IMG/VR virus record: IMGVR_UViG_3300036856_000023
Coordinates: 1 to 42,512 of that record
Source: a virus
Taxonomy: Duplodnaviria; Caudoviricetes
Reading direction: 5' to 3' (one strand)
Length of the DNA stretch: 42,512 bases
Positions 17,899 to 25,376 of the stretch are shown in pieces. The translations under genes and the position numbers were made by a program. The notes below the pieces were generated by a model. It ran no database searches and was not told the DNA's origin. It was given only the letters and a program-made list of their open reading frames with translations. Position 1 is the stretch's first letter; every line of letters begins with the position of its first letter.

Positions 17899-18025
17899 AG
17901 CACGGCCATAGCGGACGGTATCCGACATGCCCGTTGGCCGGCGCACCACAGGCTCTCTGCGCCGGTGCACGACAGGTGCGTGGTCGAGTCGTCCAACACA
18001 TGGGTTGTTCTCCATAGAGTTAGTG

Positions 18026-18055
18026 TACCGATGTGCCAGGCCGGTGGCGTATAAT
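18026..18055 (+). promoter_or_regulatory. conserved promoter/operator motif, copy 10
   Basis: TACCGATGTGCCAGGCCGGTGGCGTATAAT, identical to copy 7. Confidence 0.8.
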
Positions 18056-18092
18056 TAGGCGTGGCGGCAAGGGTCGCCAGGAGAGGGAGGCA

Positions 18093-18302
18093 GGCGGCGT
18101 CAATGGTTGTCCTGGCGGCAAGATACCGAGTGGCGCCGTCCTCGGCGACAAGGGATGGGACGTCGGCAAAGGTGCATACGTCGCCGGGACACAGACTTCA
18201 GACGGCGCCAATCAGATCGACGGGAGCAACCCCAGAAGCGGCGCCCAAGCCCCCGGCGACAAGTGTAGCCACGAAGGCAAAACTCCAACCGTCGCCGGGG
18301 GC
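18093..18302 (+). repeat. dual-spacer stem-loop cluster (4 units)
   Basis: Units at about 18093, 18141, 18204 and 18249. Confidence 0.9.
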
Positions 18303-18322
18303 ATTCAAACAGAGGGCTGTCG

Positions 18323-18703
18323 ATGTGGTATCGACCTGACGGCCCCTACATCTGGCGACCAGAGTTGACGTTGCGCCGGGCAGAGTACCGCTCCTCACAG
18401 GGGATTGCGGAGTACCAGTCGTGGTGGCCCACCGCGAACTGGCGGATCAAGACGCGGTGGCGCGTTCACGCACTCTGGGCCGCGTTGTGGCTGACGCCCA
18501 GCGCGGCGGCATACCTGCAGAGCAACCGCAGGATTGACCAGGAACAGGCTGCTTTCCTGCGGGACGGCACGGTGCTTCGACTACCGGGCGGCAACTATGA
18601 GCTCGAGGTCCGCGGATTCGTCCACCACTACCATGACTTGCAGCACCGGGGTCAGATGCTGTGGGCAACCGATACCGGTTTGGACGCTGATCTTGATGCA
18701 TGA
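18323..18703 (+). CDS. hypothetical protein
   Basis: AGAGGG RBS; 126-aa ORF. Confidence 0.55.
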   Translation: MWYRPDGPYIWRPELTLRRAEYRSSQGIAEYQSWWPTANWRIKTRWRVHALWAALWLTPSAAAYLQSNRRIDQEQAAFLRDGTVLRLPGGNYELEVRGFVHHYHDLQHRGQMLWATDTGLDADLDA

Positions 18704-19025
18704 CAGCCTGATGCACACGAGTACGCACCACCACCTGGACTTCCTGCTGTGGTGGACGGCCATCGCGGTAGTGCTGTATCTGGTGATACTCGCCTTGTTG
18801 CGGCGGGCCAGGTGGCTGGTCATCGCCGCGCCGGTGGTGTGTATCTACGGCTGTATGCCGCTCATCGTCTGGGTGGGCAACGACGACCTCAACAACATGG
18901 GGTGGGTAGTCCTAATAGCCCTCCCCTTCGCCGCCGCCGGAGTGTTTCCCCTCTGGCTGGTGAGCAGACGTCCGCGCGTCAATCAACGTGTTGCTGGCAA
19001 ACCTAGGAACGGCGCGCGACGATGA
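18696..19025 (+). CDS. three-TM membrane protein
   Basis: Three hydrophobic helices; the 3' end runs into the first repeat unit. Confidence 0.65.
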   Translation: MHDSLMHTSTHHHLDFLLWWTAIAVVLYLVILALLRRARWLVIAAPVVCIYGCMPLIVWVGNDDLNNMGWVVLIALPFAAAGVFPLWLVSRRPRVNQRVAGKPRNGARR

Positions 19026-19242
19026 AGCGGCGTCAATACCACGCCCGAGAGCACGATCTCGAGTGGCGCCGCCCCGGCGACGAACATGACGTCGTCAGCA
19101 ACAGCACCCATGTCGCCGGGCTTTGCACGTCAACCAACGGGCCGCTGGCAAATGAACGAACGGCGTGCAACGGGGCGGCGTCAAAAATGCGTGCGCCGGC
19201 GATACCCCCGGCGTCGCCAGCAATTCGCCTCCCGTCGCCGGG
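18973..19242 (+). repeat. dual-spacer stem-loop cluster (5 units plus a truncated one)
   Basis: Units at about 18973, 19027, 19073, 19123 and 19196; half-unit at 19172. Confidence 0.85.
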
Positions 19243-19262
19243 CTTAACAGAGAGGAGAGGAT

Positions 19263-19640
19263 ATGAGAGGACAGGGACTAGAGGTTGAGGTCAATGTCGA
19301 TGAACTGCGGACCAAACTCCAGCAGAACCGCGCCAAGCACCTCAAGGAGCATGAGAAAGCCAAGAAGGGGTGGGCCAAGCTCCTGGACAAGGAGTTGCAG
19401 AAGCTACTCATCGACCTGCGCGACGGCAAAAGCATCGACGACAACCGCCTGTACATCAAGAACCAGAAGCCCAAGCACTTCCTGCGCGAGTACGACGAAG
19501 CCATCGACATGCTCGGCTGGGAGAAGCGCTCGTCCATCCCCATCGACCAGGAGCACTTCCGCGCCTACATCCACGATGAGTGGACGTGGAAGACCACCTG
19601 GGAGGCGTCCAACGCCACCTACATCGCGGCAGGCCGATGA
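19263..19640 (+). CDS. hypothetical phage protein
   Basis: AGGAGAGG RBS; GC-rich third codon positions. Confidence 0.8.
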   Translation: MRGQGLEVEVNVDELRTKLQQNRAKHLKEHEKAKKGWAKLLDKELQKLLIDLRDGKSIDDNRLYIKNQKPKHFLREYDEAIDMLGWEKRSSIPIDQEHFRAYIHDEWTWKTTWEASNATYIAAGR

Positions 19641-19915
19641 ACCGACGCATCGGCCGGATAGGTCAGCTTCTTGCACCCAGCTACGGGTTCTGCAAGAAGT
19701 GCAAGACGCCGTGGCGATTCGTACGTGAGCACACCACGTCCTACGGCACGCGCGGTCGCGGGTGCTTCCCGTTGTGCCAGAAGTGCTGGGATGAACTGAC
19801 GCCCCAGACGCGCCTGCCGTTCTATCGCGCGCTGGTCATGTCGTGGAAGCACTTCGACGAACCGGTTGAGCAGACGTGGGCACAGCTGCAAGAGGCGGTG
19901 CTCGCCGGTGGATGA
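19637..19915 (+). CDS. Cys-rich hypothetical protein
   Basis: ATGA overlap; CKKC...CFPLCQKC. Confidence 0.65.
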   Translation: MNRRIGRIGQLLAPSYGFCKKCKTPWRFVREHTTSYGTRGRGCFPLCQKCWDELTPQTRLPFYRALVMSWKHFDEPVEQTWAQLQEAVLAGG

Positions 19916-19916
19916 C

Positions 19917-20090
19917 ATGACTGTACGCGCAGCCCGGATACAGGCGGCTAAGAAGGCCATGCTGGAAAGCCAGAAGGGCTACGAAGGTTGGGACACTACC
20001 GTGCCGGACTACGTCGCTGAGTGGCTGGCTGAGGTCGTCGTAGATGCCCTATTTACCGATCACACCTTCGATAACATGAAGACCCCCTGA
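19917..20090 (+). CDS. small hypothetical protein
   Basis: Follows the upstream stop by 1 nt. Confidence 0.5.
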   Translation: MTVRAARIQAAKKAMLESQKGYEGWDTTVPDYVAEWLAEVVVDALFTDHTFDNMKTP

Positions 20091-20111
20091 TGCGAGAACG
20101 CACAGCGTACA

Positions 20112-20666
20112 TGGGCGGCGTCAATGCTTCTCCTGGCAGCAAGCCACCAAGCGGCGTCGCCCAACCCCCGGCGACAAATGCCGAATCGACGACAATCTGC
20201 TCCACATCACCGGGGGACCAACTTTGCACGCCAAGTAGCTCTTCGGAGGCAAAAGCAAGAACGGCGCGTCAGGGGTGGCGTCACTGCGCAGAACGTCAGC
20301 AAGAGCTTGCTCGGCGCTGCCCAGCCCCGGCGACAATACTTGGAGTGTTAGCAATTCGGTATCCGTCGCCGGGGCACCAACTTCGCACGCCCAGTAGAAG
20401 TTCGACAGCAATGGACCACACGGCGTGCAGGCGTCAATCGTCCTCTCGGCAGCAAAAGGATAATCGACGCCACCAGCCCCCGGCGACAACCACTCGTATG
20501 TCCGCAACGGATGAGTCGTCGCCGGGGGCCCACTTCTTCACACGCCAATCATGGCGTGTGCAGGACGGGCGTCACTTCACCTCTCGCCGGCAAAGCCGTG
20601 AACGGCGCCCAGCCCCCGGCGGCAAGGAAGACATCAACGGCAATCGTTGGCACGTCGCCGGGGGCT
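20112..20666 (+). repeat. dual-spacer stem-loop array (10 units plus 1 collapsed unit)
   Basis: Units at about 20112, 20165, 20225, 20273, 20324, 20385, 20430, 20476, 20567 and 20611; spacer-less hairpin at 20539-20560. Confidence 0.92.
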
Positions 20667-20681
20667 ACCCGCCAGGCGATA

Positions 20682-21065
20682 ATGGGTAGCGTGCCTGATC
20701 GGAGTGACATGGACATTACTGCCCGCATCGCCGGAGTCATCAGCGAAGGACTAGGCGGTGACCCCCACGGCACCGCGATGAACGTGGTGAAAGAGCTTGG
20801 CCTGACACCAGAGTGGTCTATGGAGACAGTCGTTCTCTCACCGCCTGACTTTGACCAACTGAACGGGCCAGACCGTGCCCGCGCCCGGTTCGCGCCAGGC
20901 TTTCACGAAGAAACATACGACGTCATCAGTTGGCGCACCCAGGGCATACGTGTCGGGTTGCATGATGTCGAGCACGGCTTCCCACCCATCGGTGGCGCTA
21001 TCCCGGCACCCGGCGGCGGGGTTATCTCCAACAACCCTGATGGCCCCGCGGTTTTAGATGAGTGA
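20682..21065 (+). CDS. hypothetical protein
   Basis: Protein-like ORF between arrays; start 20682 or 20709. Confidence 0.55.
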   Translation: MGSVPDRSDMDITARIAGVISEGLGGDPHGTAMNVVKELGLTPEWSMETVVLSPPDFDQLNGPDRARARFAPGFHEETYDVISWRTQGIRVGLHDVEHGFPPIGGAIPAPGGGVISNNPDGPAVLDE

Positions 21066-21068
21066 CTT

Positions 21069-21215
21069 TGCACGCCAAAAGAAGCATCAACCGCAAGTTG
21101 AGTCACGGCGTGCGGGACGTCAGGATGAACGGCGAAAGCAATACCTCCACCGGCGCCCCAGCCCCCGGCGACAAAGGCATCTGCGAGAGCAATGACACGG
21201 GCGTCGCCGGGGGCT
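21069..21215 (+). repeat. dual-spacer stem-loop cluster (3 units)
   Basis: Units at 21069, 21114 and 21160. Confidence 0.88.
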
Positions 21216-21223
21216 ACCTAACC

Positions 21224-21253
21224 TACCGAGGTGCCAGCGTAGTGGCGTATAAT
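21224..21253 (+). promoter_or_regulatory. conserved promoter/operator motif, copy 11
   Basis: TACCGAGGTGCCAGCGTAGTGGCGTATAAT. Confidence 0.8.
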
Positions 21254-21277
21254 TGACCTGTGACCCGCGCTGGCAAA

Positions 21278-21514
21278 ATGCCCGTACGAATGATCCGCTA
21301 CCGCCGTCCCGACGAGCGGATCTGCGGGCTGACGCGGGGCGAGGTCGAACAACTCACCTGCTTCAACAGCGAAGTGTACCGCGGCATCATACACACCCCC
21401 GAGTACCAAAAACACATGGCCGCGCTACAGAAACGCTACAACCGGGGCCGTGAAAGGGAGCGGCGGAAAGAAGAAGAAACCGGCGTGATGGTCGTGGAAC
21501 CATGGTCGCCCTGA
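21278..21514 (+). CDS. hypothetical protein
   Basis: Protein-like ORF after the promoter motif. Confidence 0.55.
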   Translation: MPVRMIRYRRPDERICGLTRGEVEQLTCFNSEVYRGIIHTPEYQKHMAALQKRYNRGRERERRKEEETGVMVVEPWSP

Positions 21515-21526
21515 AGTACAACGACG

Positions 21527-21625
21527 TGCACGCCAAAAGGTGTTCTGAGGGCAAGAAAGAGAGTGGCGTGCATGGGGCGGCGTCAACCCCCTGCTTGAGG
21601 GCAAGCAATCTCACGGCGCCGCCCC
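21527..21625 (+). repeat. dual-spacer stem-loop cluster (2 units)
   Basis: tgcacgc CA aaaggtgttc TG aggg CA agaaagagag TG gcgtgca plus a unit at 21574. Confidence 0.88.
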
Positions 21626-21785
21626 CTCTACTTAGGAGGCAGAGATGTTGACGTTCCTGGCCGTGGTGGGAGGGGTTGCCCTGTTCCTTGGCGGCGTCAA
21701 ACTGCGCAACATCATCGAAGCGCGCCTGCGCGGCGGAGTGGATAAATGATCCCCGAGGGCAAGTGCTGCCCGGCGTGTGAACGGC

Positions 21786-22427
21786 AGCGTCAATCCGAAA
21801 CACGGAACGCAAGCGGAAACTCGGCGCTCCCGGCGACAACGGAGTTCTCGACAGCAATATCAGCACCGTCGCCGGGGGTCACACGGGATGGCGTCAATCC
21901 GAGCCACGACGGCAGGGCACGACTCGGCGCCGTTCCCGGCGACAACACGCAATTCGTGAGCAATGGCATTAACGTCGCTCGGGGCGGCGTCAAGGGGTTG
22001 AACGGCAGCAAAGAGACACCCGGCGCCGCCCCACCCAAGGAGTACAACCCGGCGACCAAAGCAGCAACGCCAGCAATCTCTGATTCGTCGCCGGGACAAG
22101 ACGGCGCCAAGCCCACACTCGAGTGCAAATGACACATCGGCGCCCCCGGCGACAACGGCGATATCGACCAGCAAAAACGTTAACGTCGCCGGGGGCACCA
22201 GACTTCGCACGCCAAACTCATTACCGAGAGCAAGGAGTTAGTCGGCGTGCAAGGGGCGCCGTAGCCCCCGGCGACAATTCAGGCAACGAGAGCAATCGTT
22301 GGCACGTCGCCGGTGCCACCTACTTCACACGCCAATGGTTCCGTCGCGAGCATTAGACAACACGGCGTGTGAACGGGGCGGCGCCAAGCGGCACTCCGAA
22401 AGCAAAGGTGTAAAGCGGCGCCGCCCC
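21786..22427 (+). repeat. dual-spacer stem-loop array (12 units, largest cluster)
   Basis: Units at about 21786, 21829, 21885, 21939, 21981, 22048, 22103, 22143, 22207, 22268, 22324 and 22375. Confidence 0.92.
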
Positions 22428-22445
22428 AGGCAACTAAGGAGCGAC

Positions 22446-22592
22446 ATGGACGTGACCTGTGACATCAAGTTCATCAAGACGGCGTGGTGGTGCCCCGCAT
22501 GGATTGATCGCCGCATGACGGAGGGATGGACCTTCAAGCAGGCCGTTAACTACCTGGGCCTGCGCGAAGGGGTGCACTGGTGGGTGGCGTAA
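22446..22592 (+). CDS. small hypothetical protein
   Basis: AAGGAG RBS before MDVTCDIKF. Confidence 0.55.
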   Translation: MDVTCDIKFIKTAWWCPAWIDRRMTEGWTFKQAVNYLGLREGVHWWVA

Positions 22593-22673
22593 AGCCCATT
22601 CAGGGCCGCACACCTGCGGTTATGAGCCAGACCCCTGGGTGCCTCGCCGCTGGCGAGAGCGTGGGGAAGCTAG

Positions 22674-22726
22674 CCCCCGGCGACAAATAACTTCGCGTCG
22701 TTCAATACTGACCCCGTCGCCGGGGG
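22674..22726 (+). repeat. dual-spacer stem-loop unit, left flank of the RAMP cassette
   Basis: cccccggcga CA aataacttcg CG tcgtt CA atactgaccc CG tcgccggggg. Confidence 0.88.
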
Positions 22727-22735
22727 TTGCCTAAC

Positions 22736-22765
22736 TACCGATGTGCCAGGTGGCTGGCGTAAAAT
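22736..22765 (+). promoter_or_regulatory. conserved promoter/operator motif, copy 12
   Basis: TACCGATGTGCCAGGTGGCTGGCGTAAAAT upstream of the RAMP-like gene. Confidence 0.75.
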
Positions 22766-22807
22766 TACCCAACGTGGCGGCAAGCGGTCGCCGGGAGAGA
22801 GGTCATC

Positions 22808-23611
22808 ATGCCAGCGAGGACTAAGACGGATTCGTCCACAGCCGCCGCCACCGCACAGGCGGCATTTATCACCAAGATCGGCACAGAGCGACTACGCATC
22901 CCGATTACCGGAACAGCGCCACTGATCGTCCACCGGTGGTCCGAGAAGGCCAAGCGAGAGCTTCTTGAATCTCAGCAGTCGAAGAAGCGCGCCAAGGAGC
23001 CGCGCAACCCTGATGCTGAATATGAAGATTCGCTCTACCGGATGATCCTCGAGGTGCCCAAAGGGCGTAGTCCCCGCACACCGGTGGAGGAGCACAGCAC
23101 CGCCCCACAGCGCCGCCGCAATGGCGAAAACGCTCAGCGGGGCAAGCAAACTCCAGCCACCGAGATCGTCCACACCTACGGGTTCCCGTCCCTGGCGTTC
23201 AAGTCAGCGGTGGTGGAAACTTTTCGCTTCTTCGACAAGAGCGTCACCAAGGTGATGCTGATGCAGTCGGTCTTCGTCCACGGCATGATCACCAAAGCCG
23301 ACCCCGCGCCGCTCATCCCGATCATCGGTGAACCGATCATGCGCGAGGACGTTGTCCGCATCGGCCAGAACGGAACACAGACCCGCTACCGTGGCGAGTT
23401 CACTGAGTGGTCCGCCACCCTGGACCTCACGTATGTCACCGCCACTCTCGACCGAAACTCACTGTTGTCGCTGGTCGACGCGGCTGGCATGTTCGTCGGC
23501 GTGGGGGAGTGGCGTCCTGAGAAGGCGGGGGAATCAGGCACCTTCACGCTGGCCGACGCCGACATCGAAGTAGTCAAGACCCCCTGGCAGCGCCAGAAGG
23601 TCCAGCACTAG
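22808..23611 (+). CDS. stand-alone RAMP (Cas7-like) superfamily protein
   Basis: N-terminal strand IPITGTAPLIVH, YGFPSLAFKSAV helix, RYRGEFTEWS and C-terminal Gly-rich loop GVGEWRPEKAGESGTF, a RAMP-like layout. Confidence 0.7.
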   Translation: MPARTKTDSSTAAATAQAAFITKIGTERLRIPITGTAPLIVHRWSEKAKRELLESQQSKKRAKEPRNPDAEYEDSLYRMILEVPKGRSPRTPVEEHSTAPQRRRNGENAQRGKQTPATEIVHTYGFPSLAFKSAVVETFRFFDKSVTKVMLMQSVFVHGMITKADPAPLIPIIGEPIMREDVVRIGQNGTQTRYRGEFTEWSATLDLTYVTATLDRNSLLSLVDAAGMFVGVGEWRPEKAGESGTFTLADADIEVVKTPWQRQKVQH

Positions 23612-23622
23612 AAGGAGAAGTC

Positions 23623-24060
23623 ATGAGTGTCCGTAGTGTCGTCGGGGTCGAGCTGCAACGGATGATCGGACAAGCCGGTCACCTGACCCCAGAGGCAGTC
23701 GTTAACGAGGCACGGTCGGAAGACTCTCCTCTGCATACCTTTTTTGAGTGGGACGACGACATTGCCGCCGAGAAGTACCGGCTGGTACAAGCAAGAACGC
23801 TCATCCGCATTGTCCGAGAAGAAATCGGTGAAGAGGATGATGGTGAGCCCAAGTATGTCCGCGCGTATGTTTCAGCGCGGCACGTTGGTCGGGAAGAAAC
23901 CGGGTACCTCGCAACTCGTGAGGTACTCCAGTCGCCGGTCAGCGAAGCAATACTCCTGCGTTCACTAAAGCGGGAGATCACCGGCTTGCAGAAGAAATAC
24001 GGTCACCTACAAGAGTTCGGCGCGATCATTCGCGGTGAATTCGGCGACCTCGCAAGCTAG
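23623..24060 (+). CDS. conserved phage protein, partner of the RAMP-like gene
   Basis: AAGGAG RBS; LTPEAVV-x-x-AR-x-x-x-SPLH-x-x-FEWDD-x-x-AA-x-x-YR-x-x-QAR motif. Confidence 0.8.
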   Translation: MSVRSVVGVELQRMIGQAGHLTPEAVVNEARSEDSPLHTFFEWDDDIAAEKYRLVQARTLIRIVREEIGEEDDGEPKYVRAYVSARHVGREETGYLATREVLQSPVSEAILLRSLKREITGLQKKYGHLQEFGAIIRGEFGDLAS

Positions 24061-24067
24061 TGATTTA

Positions 24068-24651
24068 GGCAAGGTGGGGCGCGGTGCGGTGTGGCCGGAT
24101 AGGGCAGGGCTAGGCTCGGCAGGGCTCGGCAGGCGGGGCTAGGCCGGGTATGGCGGGGCGGGTCTCGGTTTGGCACGGCTCGGCGCGGCTTGGCAGGCGC
24201 GGTTGGGCACGACGAGGCTCGGCAGTGCGGGGTAGGGCACGGCTCGGCGCGGCAGGCGCGGTTGGGCATGGCCTGGCTCGGCAGTGCGGGGCAGGGCACG
24301 TCTGGGCGCGGCAGGTGTGGTGTGGCTGGGCACGTCCGGGTATGGCGTGGCCGGGAGCGGCACGGCTCGTCTCGGCCAGGCTTGGCAGGCTCGACTTGGC
24401 AGGGCACGGCATGGCACGTCGGGGTAAGGCGTGGCGCGGCCCGGCAGGCCTGGACAGGCTAGGCATGTCTCAGCGCGGCGCGTCTTGGTGCGGCTGGGCC
24501 AGGCGAGGCAGGCTAGGCCCGGCATGGCGCGGCAGGGATGGCGCGGCAGCGCATGGCAAGGCCCGGCATGGCAAGGCAGGCAGGGCTGGTCTCGGCAGGG
24601 CAGGGCAAGGCACGTCGAAGCAAGGTCAGGCTGGGCTGGGCTGGGCTGGCA
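24068..24651 (+). repeat. GGY-NN pentamer array in 9 segments punctuated by GGCA (candidate guide-RNA array)
   Basis: Strict 5-nt periodicity with GGCA tetramers at 24128, 24192, 24251, 24310, 24384, 24443, 24507, 24575 and 24648. Confidence 0.9.
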
Positions 24652-24660
24652 GTGTAGTGA

Positions 24661-24713
24661 CCCCCGGCGACAAATAACTTCGCGTCGTTCAATACGGCTA
24701 CCGTCGCCGGGGG
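24661..24713 (+). repeat. dual-spacer stem-loop unit, right flank of the RAMP cassette
   Basis: First 35 nt identical to the unit at 22674. Confidence 0.88.
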
Positions 24714-25373
24714 CTACTCATACCGCTTGGCGTCCTTAAACGTTACCGGCACTTCGCTCAGGTGCTGGCACTGAATCCCGGTGTCGAGGAAGACGCCGTG
24801 CCCTTGGGCTCGCGCCTGCTGGCAGAACCAGAAATCGTGGCCTAGCCGGTCATTGGCGAACATCTCCACGTCGGGGTGCCAGTGCTCAAGGACGTGACGC
24901 GCAATCGACGTGGACCCGGTCCCCACGGCATCAACCGGATGCAGCGCCGGTGGGTCACTGCGCTCACTGACCTGCCGGGCCGTCAGCGGGACAAAGCGGC
25001 TGTTCTGCTCCCAGAAGGCCAGTGGTTCATGCGGTGGCTCATGGCGGCAGTACACCGATCCCACCACCGCCTGCTCCGGTAGGTAGTGCGCCATCCGTAC
25101 CAAAGCGTGCGCCGGCAGGATCATGTCCTGCTCGATGAACACCAGCCGATCCCAGGGCCGCAGTGTCAGCGCCTTGTACACCAGGGAGGTGAACGCCTTG
25201 GTGATGTAAGCGCCGTTAACGTGCACCGTCCCCTGGACGTGCCGCTTGTCCACATCAAGCCACCCGGCGAAGAAGGCGGTGGAGACGGACTTGTAGAGGG
25301 GGAAGGCCACCAGGAGCTTGGACGGCGTGGTGGCGGTGGGCATGTTGGGGAGTTCGAGGGGGGCGAAGGTCAT
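24714..25373 (-). CDS. GT-A-fold glycosyltransferase-like protein
   Basis: LVFIEQDMILP (DxD-like), VDAVGTG and HDFWFC...G-x-x-VFLDTGI-x-C-x-H motifs. Confidence 0.7.
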   Translation of the reverse strand: MTFAPLELPNMPTATTPSKLLVAFPLYKSVSTAFFAGWLDVDKRHVQGTVHVNGAYITKAFTSLVYKALTLRPWDRLVFIEQDMILPAHALVRMAHYLPEQAVVGSVYCRHEPPHEPLAFWEQNSRFVPLTARQVSERSDPPALHPVDAVGTGSTSIARHVLEHWHPDVEMFANDRLGHDFWFCQQARAQGHGVFLDTGIQCQHLSEVPVTFKDAKRYE

Positions 25374-25376
25374 GGT

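Noticed and set aside
20090-20689. Long ORFs spanning stem-loop arrays (also 9266-9553, 10488-10961, 17222-17665, 18033-18368, 21746-22132 and the 5' part of 15949-16620)
   Set aside because: Low-complexity translations made up of repeat stems, without an RBS; likely spurious in GC-rich DNA.
15807-22427. CRISPR array interpretation of the clustered repeats
   Set aside because: There are no identical direct repeats separated by 30-40 nt spacers; the variable parts are two 10-nt arms inside a hairpin, and no cas1/cas2 is visible.
9126-22427. Stem-loop units as simple terminators or REP elements
   Set aside because: They lack U-tracts and keep a fixed CA-N10-CG double-arm geometry with hypervariable arms, which terminators and REPs do not require. 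A secondary role in RNA processing is not excluded.
24673-24702. Arms resembling loxP (ATAACTTCG) and the start of the 16S 1492R primer (TACGGCTACC), recalled from memory
   Set aside because: Matches of 9-10 nt are expected by chance among about 190 arms, and the partner arm gives no adjacent support.
24057-24739. Ala/Gly/Arg/Pro-rich ORFs on both strands across the pentamer tract
   Set aside because: They result from a stop-poor 5-nt repeat; the 5-nt period and GGCA register shifts do not fit codon structure.
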